Below, piece after piece: positions 15,772 through 24,272 of a stretch of 52,999 nucleotides of DNA (position 1 is its first letter; every line of letters begins with the position of its first letter). Made by a program: the position numbers and the translations under genes. Below the pieces are notes generated by a model. The model was not told the origin of the DNA. It saw only the letters and a list, made by a program, of their open reading frames with translations, and ran no database searches. Origin of the DNA: a virus (taxonomy: Duplodnaviria > Caudoviricetes); the IMG/VR virus record IMGVR_UViG_3300025127_000052, positions 1 through 52,999 of that record. One strand, 5' to 3'.

Positions 15772-18748
15772 AAACGCATTCTAAGTCAGTTTCATAACCC
15801 CTGTTACTAATACTATGACTAGAACGAATCACTCGGTAATAGCCACCAATACCTAGTACTGGTCCGGCAAAACTTCCCAATGAAGGTCGGCTATCTACAA
15901 AGATAAGATCGCCATTCTTATGGAGAGTATTCCCATACATCTTAATAGAGACGTTTTGAGGCAAGAAAAGAGCTTGGATCTTATCATCCAAAGTGTTCGA
16001 CTCAATCAACATTTCTTGGAAGTATTGCGCCTCTTGGCGAGAGAAATTAAAAGTCTTTGCCAAACCTCTGTCTGACCCTATCACATAATGATAGATTCCC
16101 TCTTTTTCGTCTATGTTGCGATCTCCTGTTCGAGAACCCAAGCTCAACTTAGTTTCATAAATCGGATAAATATGTTGATATTTTCCCGCCCTCATAAGCG
16201 GGTTATCTTGCCCTGAGCGAATGTCTGCTAGATCGCTTGCCTCTAACGTAAAAGGAGCCCTCTTGAGTGCTTCAGTCTGACGGGTGCTTAACAGTGAGAA
16301 ATCAAAAGCTACCTTAGACATAATAGTGTCATCTTGGTTTATCATCGTAGCAACTGTTTTCAACATGCCATTTAGAAAGTATCGAAATGGAAAAAACTTT
16401 CGTCGGCGAGAAACGACGGTGTTATAGAAAAACTGCCCAAATGTATCTAGCGTGATAGGAATGTCATACAAAGAATGGTCAACCCCAAACCTCTCTACAT
16501 TCCCAAGAATCAGCGAGATGTCTTCTCGACATCCTGAAAGATGCATCGCACGTCGCAAAACGTCACCAAGGCGCATAAAATAAACCACAGTGTCGTTTGG
16601 GTTTGCATCAACTTGTTGTACTGGGCCTTGTGCCCCAGAAGCTGTAAGCTCTATGTTATTCCATAGTTTTTCAAAATCAGCGGCTGGGTTCACATACGAT
16701 ATAGTGGGGGGTTTCCCGGTCGAGGCAGGGGCGGAGATTCGCACCGCATAGAGCATATCTTCCTGCTTTAAAAGATCCTTTAAAAATCTGGCGTAGATGT
16801 CACGAAGCCTTATGTTGACTGCTCGGTCATAAAGAAGAGTAATGAACTGACCGGACTGTCTTATTTTTTCAATCTCTGCTGAGTCTTCGTCGCTATTTAA
16901 AAACTGCTCTCTTTTGAGTTTCATAGACAAAAGATCTTGAGCCTTCTTTAGACCACCCAAAGACACCTCAATAGTATCTTCTTCGAAAGTATTCTTTCCC
17001 AGTGTCTTGCGCTTAGACTGAAGGTATGGACTGTCGATCTCCTTAAAGTCGCTAATTATGTAACTTGCTTGTTTTACGTTAACAGAAGAATTTTTATTTT
17101 GGGCGCCTTTCTTCTTGTCTACCATAGTTCCGTTTCGGTTCTCTATGCCCACAAGTGAGACGGCGGTTGGTGTGAACATATACTCATTCGTAGATGTCTC
17201 TAAATTAGCCGAACCAAATACGTCTGATCCGGCAGTGGCTAAGTAGTTGTCTGTGGATCCAATGTAGCGTAGGCTAAGAGTCGCAGGCCCCTCTTGAGTA
17301 AAGTCTACATTATAGTCTGCCAAGTTGAGAAAGATAGCCCTTTGCGTAGTTTCAACTCCCTCTATAAATGATCGATACTGTGATTCAGAGTCAAACAATT
17401 TCAGAAGCTCCGCCTTGTTGCCCTTGGGCTCGCTCCAACCAACAACCACCTTAAGTTGACGGAAAGCTTTCTTTTCACTGGCACCAACTGTCTTCTTGGT
17501 GAGAGTTTCAAAAGCCGTAACCCTCTGCTCGTCCGACTTGTTTTCATCACCCATGATAGCTGACAATTTTTTTATTTCACTAGTTATTTTTCTAATCTTT
17601 TCGCTTTTAGTCCTCTCAAAGAAAGAGGCGGCAGGTCTTTTCTGCTCAGCATCAGAAAGCTTCTCAGTAGTTTTAACTAAGTCTCCAGCTAAGTCAGTAG
17701 CTGCTCCAGTTGGGAACAAAAACTGGAGATAGTTTACGTTGGCTAGTTCTGCCAAAGTGCCAAAGAATAATTCTACCTGAGCATCGATAATGAAGTCGCC
17801 TTCGTGCTTATTGTTATAGTTCCAGGTGAAAGACTTAATACCTGCGTCGGATCCACGTTGATTTCGAGGAGCTAATATTTCGTTCATGCTGCCGCCAGAG
17901 CGTAATTCAGCAATATTTTTAGCGTATTTTTCAGTAGTATAATCACTAAAGTATATTTCTCTATCGTTCCCATCCTGGTCAACAATGTAAAATCTCATGA
18001 GAGGTTGAAGTAGTGCCAGTTGAGCGGGAGTTGCTCGGACAAAAGCTCCTAGTCCCTTTTCTGTGCCCCCACGCCCAGTGATCAAACTATTGAAAGATCC
18101 AGCGGGACAGGTTTCAAAAAGTTTGTGAATATTCTCATCAATTCTGTAATCTTTTTTTGCTTCCTCGGGATTTAAATTCTTAAGATGTTGTTTGATGTTG
18201 CTCATCTCCCTATACAAAAAAGACTGAATATTTTGAGAGTATCTCTCCATTATCCGTTTGCGGCGTATTTCCTCCAGTCTAGCTTCTTCAGCAGCCAGTT
18301 GTTCGTTGGCAAGGCGAACCTCTTCTGCCGCTTTGCGTTTAGCATCTTGTTGTGCTTGGAATCTGGCATTGGCTTGCGCTTTTTTTCTGAACTTTTGCTT
18401 GCGAAGATAATCTCTATAATCTTGCTCAGTAGATGGCCTAGTACCTTGGAAGTTTGCTCTTGGTTGGGTTGGGTTTTTCTTTAGCCACTCATTTCTAGCT
18501 CTCAAATACTTGATCTTTTCTCTCGTCTGAGCCGCTTTTTGTACACCTACCTGTGTCTCATAGTCTTCGATAGCTTTTTTTTCTGCTGCCTTTTTTGCGG
18601 CAGCCTGACTCTTTTCACGAGCCTCTTGGCTCATTTCATTCCAGGCCATTTCAGCATTCGCAGCGGCGACGAAGGGGTCTTTCTCCCCCGCAGCCGTCAG
18701 CCTATCTGCTTCTTTTCTTATGAATTCTAATTTACCAGCGTTACTCAA
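15728..18748 (-). CDS. large baseplate hub-like protein
   Basis: C-terminal IKMYGNTL..GDLIFVD...GYYRVIRSSHSISNRGYETDLEC is typical of gp27/GpD/VgrG-type hubs; coiled-coil N-terminus; follows the gpX-like gene. Confidence 0.55.
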   Translation of the reverse strand: MSNAGKLEFIRKEADRLTAAGEKDPFVAAANAEMAWNEMSQEAREKSQAAAKKAAEKKAIEDYETQVGVQKAAQTREKIKYLRARNEWLKKNPTQPRANFQGTRPSTEQDYRDYLRKQKFRKKAQANARFQAQQDAKRKAAEEVRLANEQLAAEEARLEEIRRKRIMERYSQNIQSFLYREMSNIKQHLKNLNPEEAKKDYRIDENIHKLFETCPAGSFNSLITGRGGTEKGLGAFVRATPAQLALLQPLMRFYIVDQDGNDREIYFSDYTTEKYAKNIAELRSGGSMNEILAPRNQRGSDAGIKSFTWNYNNKHEGDFIIDAQVELFFGTLAELANVNYLQFLFPTGAATDLAGDLVKTTEKLSDAEQKRPAASFFERTKSEKIRKITSEIKKLSAIMGDENKSDEQRVTAFETLTKKTVGASEKKAFRQLKVVVGWSEPKGNKAELLKLFDSESQYRSFIEGVETTQRAIFLNLADYNVDFTQEGPATLSLRYIGSTDNYLATAGSDVFGSANLETSTNEYMFTPTAVSLVGIENRNGTMVDKKKGAQNKNSSVNVKQASYIISDFKEIDSPYLQSKRKTLGKNTFEEDTIEVSLGGLKKAQDLLSMKLKREQFLNSDEDSAEIEKIRQSGQFITLLYDRAVNIRLRDIYARFLKDLLKQEDMLYAVRISAPASTGKPPTISYVNPAADFEKLWNNIELTASGAQGPVQQVDANPNDTVVYFMRLGDVLRRAMHLSGCREDISLILGNVERFGVDHSLYDIPITLDTFGQFFYNTVVSRRRKFFPFRYFLNGMLKTVATMINQDDTIMSKVAFDFSLLSTRQTEALKRAPFTLEASDLADIRSGQDNPLMRAGKYQHIYPIYETKLSLGSRTGDRNIDEKEGIYHYVIGSDRGLAKTFNFSRQEAQYFQEMLIESNTLDDKIQALFLPQNVSIKMYGNTLHKNGDLIFVDSRPSLGSFAGPVLGIGGYYRVIRSSHSISNRGYETDLECVFELRVTPDKTRGPA

Positions 18749-18759
18749 CGGTGCTCTCC

Positions 18760-19101
18760 TTACTTAAGGTATCCTAGTACGTCCTCTAAAGGTAGCGGAA
18801 TAAGAAATACCTCACCTAATAAAAATTCCGAGGCAGATGCCTTTTGGTTATACCAGGCGATGACCCACCAATAAGTAGGGGAACCGTAATATTCATTAGC
18901 AAGATTGTAAAGCTTGTCTGTCGCTTTCCATGTACGAGTAACATTTGTGAACCTCTGAAAAACTTCTGGCGAAGGATAAGCGAAACGAGGAGAGTCATAT
19001 TGAAATGTCTCTTTTATATCTCGCTCCTTGAAGAACACATTCTTGTAGTTCTTATCGTTGTTTAAGAAGATTCGTCGATTGCTGTATCTAGAGTATGGCA
19101 T
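18760..19101 (-). CDS. baseplate LysM/gpX/gp53-like protein
   Basis: DKLYNLANEYYGSPTYWWVIAWYN...LIP. Confidence 0.75.
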   Translation of the reverse strand: MPYSRYSNRRIFLNNDKNYKNVFFKERDIKETFQYDSPRFAYPSPEVFQRFTNVTRTWKATDKLYNLANEYYGSPTYWWVIAWYNQKASASEFLLGEVFLIPLPLEDVLGYLK

Positions 19102-19113
19102 AATTATAATCTC

Positions 19114-20007
19114 CTAGGAAGGATCAGGCAGATCAAGCTGCAGCGACGGAACCCCACCCAGCCCAGCGACGGCTGAGCCACGGCTACTGTTGATTGTTTG
19201 TTGAGGTAGTGTAAGTTCGGGAATAAATCTTCCAGTTTCAGGGTCTACCTGTGGCGGTTGAGATGCTGGGGTCGTGTCAGCGCTAGGATTGGGGCTTGAC
19301 GGTTGAATATCATCCGTGGAGTCGTATTTTGGCTGTTGTCCCGGCACCAGATAGGGATAATTGCTATCGTTCATCTTAGGATCTCTAAAGCTAAATATTT
19401 TACTGTCCTTAGATGCCCTCTGGAATCCGAGCGAGTGTTCATGTAAAATATTAAACTCGCAGTTAAGCCTAAATGTTTTTGGCAAATATTCCATCGATGG
19501 CAGATTAGACTCAGCAAAAAGAGCGTCAGGGTTGGGTCTGCCATAAAACATACCTGCTTCAAGGTCTGGATCAAAGGTAAAGCCGTTGACCCAACCCAAA
19601 AGACCCATACCGTTCACAGGGTTGCGGATTAGGTTACCAAAACTCATTCGCAAAAGTGGTGCTTGGTTGATGGCAGTTGCGCCGCCGACACTCTCAGCCT
19701 CATACAAAGGGTACAAGAAACTGAATAGAAGGTTTGCTTTTTGTAAATTCCCAGCAGCATCAGCTTCTGACGCAGCAGGCACCTTCCAAGCTAAAGACAA
19801 AGCACGGCGGGTGCCAATAAATGTTGCTATGGGATCCATACGACCATATACATCTTCGGCGTTCCATTCAGAAGTATACATATCACTGAAGCCGTCCAGA
19901 TAAGCAGAAAATGTCACATCACGACCTGTTGGAACATGGATTATCCTTAGAGTTGCATGATTCTCTAAACCGCCGTGTGGGCTATATATAGGTTTTTTCT
20001 TAGACAT
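19114..20007 (-). CDS. tail tube initiator / baseplate tube-like protein
   Basis: W..EDVYGRMDPIATF..TRR and APLLRMSFG; lies directly after the tape measure gene. Confidence 0.6.
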   Translation of the reverse strand: MSKKKPIYSPHGGLENHATLRIIHVPTGRDVTFSAYLDGFSDMYTSEWNAEDVYGRMDPIATFIGTRRALSLAWKVPAASEADAAGNLQKANLLFSFLYPLYEAESVGGATAINQAPLLRMSFGNLIRNPVNGMGLLGWVNGFTFDPDLEAGMFYGRPNPDALFAESNLPSMEYLPKTFRLNCEFNILHEHSLGFQRASKDSKIFSFRDPKMNDSNYPYLVPGQQPKYDSTDDIQPSSPNPSADTTPASQPPQVDPETGRFIPELTLPQQTINSSRGSAVAGLGGVPSLQLDLPDPS

Positions 20008-20018
20008 TTATATTTCCT

Positions 20019-22136
20019 CTATCTCGCCGCCGTTGGATCACCAACCATGTTAAGGGTTTTAACAGTTTGCTTTGCCCATGTGTTGCCATCTACGTTAAGG
20101 GTTACTGGAACTACGATTTCTTGTTGTGTGCGTGTTTGTGGATTTTTCAGGTCCTTCACAACTCGCTGAAAGTCTTTCATAGCTTTATTGGCATCAGAAA
20201 TCTGTTCTTTTTCTTTTGGCTTTGCTTTGCCCATTAGACTCTTCACGCCCTCCCCACCTAGTATACTTCCAAGCCCGCCTAAAACTGCGGCGCCGACAGC
20301 CATTCCAAGAGGACCACCAATCACGCCCAACTTGGCTCCAAGAGCAGCACCAGCAGCACCGCCAGCTAGAGCACCGCCGCCAACTCCGGCAGCACGTCCA
20401 ACCGAACCGGATTCCATATATTCCATACCGCCTGAGATGAGACCACCAAAGGCTGCGCCGCCGACACCACGAGCGATGCCAGCACCAGTTAATCTTGCGG
20501 CGCCAGAACCTGACTTAAGAGCGTTTTTGGCAGCGGCACCGTAAAGTTGTTTTCCTGTTCTTTTGCTGACGACCTTTGCCATGCCTCCTTTACGGAACAT
20601 TGCCCCGCCAGCGCCAGCGGCTCCGGCAGCGCCCATGCCTCGACCTCGAAGGAGTCCGGCAGCACCACGAGCCAAAGCAATAGCCCCTAGTAGGCCCAGT
20701 GCCTGGGGAGCGTAGTCAGCCATGATGCCCACAAGCCTCATGATTCCGCTAGCCATAACAGAAAATACTTCAGCCAAAGGTAGCATGAGAGCTTCCATAG
20801 CTCCGGCTACTCGTTCCTGAACAGTGATAAAGTCATCCATTCTCTTCTCAGGGGTTCGCTGTTGTTGGAACCTGCTGATGTCCATACGGTCTCCCAAGAG
20901 TCGGCGAGCAGATTCCACATCTGTTTGAAGAATCGAAGCAATCATCTGTTGTTGACGACGACCCATAGTATTTATATTTTTGCCCTGTAGAGCAAACTCT
21001 TGGCGTAGGAGTTCTATACGATCCTCCGAACTAGCCTTCATTAATTCAACTGAGTTGAGTTGAAGACCTAGCTGGGCGTTGAGGCGACCAGCTACATTTG
21101 CTGCGCCTTCAAAAGTATCAAAAAGCTCGCTCATGTCAAAAGCCTGCTTTACGCTTAGGCCTAATTCACGAGCCTGGACAGCCAGTTTCTCAAAGACTTT
21201 TAAACCAGATTGTCCAAAACGAGACAATTCGGGTCCAAGAGAATTAAGGTCTTGTATTACAGAGTCGATAGGACGACCTACACGATCGGACAACCGTTCA
21301 ATATCACTAGCCGCTTCCAGGGCAGCGTTACCAGTCATGCCGAAAGCAAAGTTCAAACGATCAAACATTTCAGAGGTAGCCGCCGAATCGGCACCCAATC
21401 TCATAAAACGAGCACTAACTCCAGCAATAGCATTTTGCTGGGTGTCCGATAGCGCATTGAAGCGTGCCATTCCAGTGCTCAGATTTCCGAGGATCTGACC
21501 AGTCTCTTTCATTGTGAGACCTAGGTCTTTATTGGCCCTTTGTACAGCTAAGAGATTATCTTTAAAAGCTGTGCCAGCACCAGTTGTTCGTGCTAATTCA
21601 ACCTGTGTTTCCTTTTGCATGAACATGAAGTCAATCATAGCATTCGCCAGACCCTTCAGGCTGAACATCTGCGATATGTTAGACTTAGTTAACGAATCAA
21701 CAGCACCACCCATACCCTGGAGAATCTTCTTGCGCCTCTCTAGGACTTTGTTAGCTTCCTCTACGGACTTCTTTTCATCTTCTAATGACTTTTGTCGCTT
21801 TTCAAGTTCTTTTTGATTTTCCCTCAAAGCCTTATTTTGAGCTTCAATATCATCTGAGTATTTAAGAATTGCTTTGTCGGTATCCGATAGCAGTTCCTGA
21901 AGCTCTTCATATTCTTTCTTTAGGTCACTAACATCTTCAATGCCAGTCTTCTGGGCAATTTCTAATTTCTTTTGCGCAGCAAGAACAGCTTTAAGGTACT
22001 CTGCCTCATCACCCATCAGCTTAATATATTCTTGCTTGAGTTTGCTTTGCTCTTGGACCAGCTTAGATTGTTCTTTAATAGACTCGTTTAAGTTGTCTAT
22101 TTGTTCCTGCTGTTCCTTAAAATTATCATTAGCCAT
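20019..22136 (-). CDS. tail tape measure protein
   Basis: 705 aa, helical and Ala/Gly-rich, with a hydrophobic GxxxG region; C-terminal VTLNVDG...AK; position after tube and chaperone genes. Confidence 0.8.
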   Translation of the reverse strand: MANDNFKEQQEQIDNLNESIKEQSKLVQEQSKLKQEYIKLMGDEAEYLKAVLAAQKKLEIAQKTGIEDVSDLKKEYEELQELLSDTDKAILKYSDDIEAQNKALRENQKELEKRQKSLEDEKKSVEEANKVLERRKKILQGMGGAVDSLTKSNISQMFSLKGLANAMIDFMFMQKETQVELARTTGAGTAFKDNLLAVQRANKDLGLTMKETGQILGNLSTGMARFNALSDTQQNAIAGVSARFMRLGADSAATSEMFDRLNFAFGMTGNAALEAASDIERLSDRVGRPIDSVIQDLNSLGPELSRFGQSGLKVFEKLAVQARELGLSVKQAFDMSELFDTFEGAANVAGRLNAQLGLQLNSVELMKASSEDRIELLRQEFALQGKNINTMGRRQQQMIASILQTDVESARRLLGDRMDISRFQQQRTPEKRMDDFITVQERVAGAMEALMLPLAEVFSVMASGIMRLVGIMADYAPQALGLLGAIALARGAAGLLRGRGMGAAGAAGAGGAMFRKGGMAKVVSKRTGKQLYGAAAKNALKSGSGAARLTGAGIARGVGGAAFGGLISGGMEYMESGSVGRAAGVGGGALAGGAAGAALGAKLGVIGGPLGMAVGAAVLGGLGSILGGEGVKSLMGKAKPKEKEQISDANKAMKDFQRVVKDLKNPQTRTQQEIVVPVTLNVDGNTWAKQTVKTLNMVGDPTAAR

Positions 22137-22148
22137 CTAAGATAATCC

Positions 22149-22481
22149 TTAGTTGCGGATAGGCCAGTTAATGCCCGCCTCTCTTTCAAATCTTCTGATC
22201 GCAACGTCAAGCTTGGCTTTCTGCTTATATGTCATAGGGTCATCAAGACCATACTTCTTAATGTAGTTCATGTATCTTTTTTCGTTCACCATAGCGTCGG
22301 TGAATCGTTCCACTTCGATACGATTACCCTTAACTCGGACTGGGATTCGGCGTCCCTTGAACATCTTGCTCAAGAGGTATTGAATCCATGCGGCAAAAAC
22401 GTTTAAAATATTCTCGTTAAGGGTCTGCTGTTCTTTTATAGCACTTAAATCTAGAACTTCATTTTCAAAATCGATATTCAT
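22149..22481 (-). CDS. hypothetical protein
   Basis: 110 aa with its own upstream ACTATTTAT motif and GAGG SD. Confidence 0.65.
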   Translation of the reverse strand: MNIDFENEVLDLSAIKEQQTLNENILNVFAAWIQYLLSKMFKGRRIPVRVKGNRIEVERFTDAMVNEKRYMNYIKKYGLDDPMTYKQKAKLDVAIRRFEREAGINWPIRN

Positions 22482-22509
22482 ATAAACATACCTCGTATAC
22501 GTCTGCCTA

Positions 22510-22518
22510 ATAAATAGT
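22510..22518 (-). promoter_or_regulatory. candidate late-promoter motif ACTATTTAT
   Basis: The same 9-mer occurs in five intergenic regions of the structural module. Confidence 0.6.
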
Positions 22519-22533
22519 TGTTAAATACAAATA

Positions 22534-22750
22534 TCACGGTTTATAAGTTTTACCCCTGCCGCCAGAACTGACGGCGTTGTTGGCTTGATCGGTTTCATCT
22601 TTTTTCTGTTCTACGAGACGGCGCAAAAACCACACTCGAACACTGACTGGTAAGTTATAGCTTTCAAAGAAGCTCCAACCGCCATGATACTTTAAATTGA
22701 AAATTTGTTCGTAAACGTTTTCAATATACTCATCATTTAGGCCAAAAAAA
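22534..22750 (-). CDS. frameshift extension (GT-like) of the tail assembly chaperone
   Basis: FFGLNDEY...LKYHGGWSFFESYNLPVSVRVWFLRRL; no in-frame ATG after the T7 run; frame is +1 relative to the upstream gene. Confidence 0.6.
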
Positions 22751-23596
22751 GTCCACGCCGAGCGGGACCTCCATCTCCGTCTCGTGACCACAGTTCTGAC
22801 AATCGAAGTCCTGGGTAAGGTTAATATTAGGAATAACCTTTGTGTAGATTTGTCGAAGATGACGAGCATCACGAGCCGGCATTGCTTGAATAAAGGATTC
22901 TATCGCAAAAGGATTTGGATCGTTATTTACGCTCACAATGTAGCTTCTAAATGCGTCAGTCGTGATGGAAGATTCCATCTTACGTTTCTGTTTTCTTTCT
23001 GCTTCCTTGTAAGCTGCCACTTCATCATGTCCATTTAACAAGCGACACTCAACAATAACGTTTGTCATGGGTAATGTAATCTGAACATTGCCAGTTTCGG
23101 TAAAACTTACTTGATAATCGGCAGCCTCTTGCTGGTAATCGTTAACAGGAGGATCACTGATATCAAAAGAGTAATCCTGAGTGTTCCCACAAGAGGGGCA
23201 CGTTACACTTGTTTCATATTCTGGACCATAGCCGGTGCGGCGAGCAGCTACAAGAAGAGCGTTCTTATCGCCAATTAAAAGATCATTAACCTTAATTGTT
23301 TGATCAACTAGAATATTCTGTAGCATTCTGTCAAGAGCAACTCCCTGTTTCAAAAGAGAACGGGATGTAAGAATGTCTTCTTCTTTTGCCGTCATGTAGC
23401 GAATTTCTACATTTGGTTGATTATGAAGAGGGTGAGCAGCGTTATAAAATCTGCCACCACTAGGCAAGTCAACAAACTCTGTAGGCACTGACCAACTAAA
23501 TGATCCGCCCTGAGTGGCAGCCGCTGCGGGTGCGGCTACGGAGTCATCCTGATCTGCGGGATTAGGTAGACCTAATCGATCTTCATTTCTGCTCAT
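22733..23596 (-). CDS. tail/baseplate assembly chaperone (T4 gp26/gp51-like)
   Basis: LPSGG.FY, MTAKEEDIL, two CxxC motifs (CPSC, CQNC), ends DFFWPK; lies between tube and tape measure genes. Confidence 0.75.
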   Translation of the reverse strand: MSRNEDRLGLPNPADQDDSVAAPAAAATQGGSFSWSVPTEFVDLPSGGRFYNAAHPLHNQPNVEIRYMTAKEEDILTSRSLLKQGVALDRMLQNILVDQTIKVNDLLIGDKNALLVAARRTGYGPEYETSVTCPSCGNTQDYSFDISDPPVNDYQQEAADYQVSFTETGNVQITLPMTNVIVECRLLNGHDEVAAYKEAERKQKRKMESSITTDAFRSYIVSVNNDPNPFAIESFIQAMPARDARHLRQIYTKVIPNINLTQDFDCQNCGHETEMEVPLGVDFFWPK

Positions 23597-23617
23597 ATTT
23601 TAAAACCTTTCTTTTAC

Positions 23618-23646
23618 AGTATAACGTACCGTAAAAATTCTGTTAA
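23618..23646 (-). promoter_or_regulatory. sigma70-like promoter upstream of the tail chaperone
   Basis: TTAACA-N17-TATACT. Confidence 0.5.
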
Positions 23647-23661
23647 ATTCTTAGCTCTTAC

Positions 23662-24231
23662 TTAGCCTCTGACTGAAGGTGGGGATTGGTTAGATACCCC
23701 ACTCTTAGCTAGAATAGCCCAATCATAGGTAATAGTACAAGAAACTTCTACCATATCATCGGAATCATAAGATAGGGTTCCACCAAAATCAATGTTGGTG
23801 ATAATTGGATTTACCAATTCCCATCTTTCGATTTCGTTACCGTCAGCATCAATCTGCTTAAGAACAACATTCCCAATAGCGTCGGTGAAAGCCTTTTTAC
23901 TCAAGCTAACTTTTGAGATAGTTGGAGTGTTGGGGTACTTGTACCCAGCAGCGCCAAGGATATCCAAGAAAGCATAAGAAAGATCTGGATTCACAGGATC
24001 AACTAAAGTGACAGTGATTGGCTGCCAGCTTACACGACCGGGGAAATTAAAGGTATGATCAATATACTGGTGAGGGATAGTAGTTACTTCAGCTACGGGC
24101 TTTGTAGCTGTCTTGACAGCCCAAACAGGGATGTCACCCTTTGAATCTCTGTTTCTAGAAGTAAAACTTAACTCAAACCGAAATTGACGTTTTGGTTCTG
24201 CGTTTGCTTGACCCCAAAATAGACTTGCCAT
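23662..24231 (-). CDS. tail tube protein (T4 gp19-like)
   Basis: EPKRQFRF, PGRVSWQPITVTLVDP, IERWEL, LSYDSDD and ITYDWA. Confidence 0.88.
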   Translation of the reverse strand: MASLFWGQANAEPKRQFRFELSFTSRNRDSKGDIPVWAVKTATKPVAEVTTIPHQYIDHTFNFPGRVSWQPITVTLVDPVNPDLSYAFLDILGAAGYKYPNTPTISKVSLSKKAFTDAIGNVVLKQIDADGNEIERWELVNPIITNIDFGGTLSYDSDDMVEVSCTITYDWAILAKSGVSNQSPPSVRG

Positions 24232-24251
24232 TGTTTATTTAGCTCCTCGTA

Positions 24252-24260
24252 ATAAATAGT
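24252..24260 (-). promoter_or_regulatory. candidate late-promoter motif ACTATTTAT
   Basis: About 21 nt upstream of the tube ATG, followed by GAGGAG. Confidence 0.6.
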
Positions 24261-24272
24261 TCTTAGAGCGGA

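Noticed and set aside
22751-22872. Upstream part of ORF 22534..22872 as an independent gene start
   Set aside because: It lies within the chaperone's coding region with no SD; frameshift entry explains the ORF better
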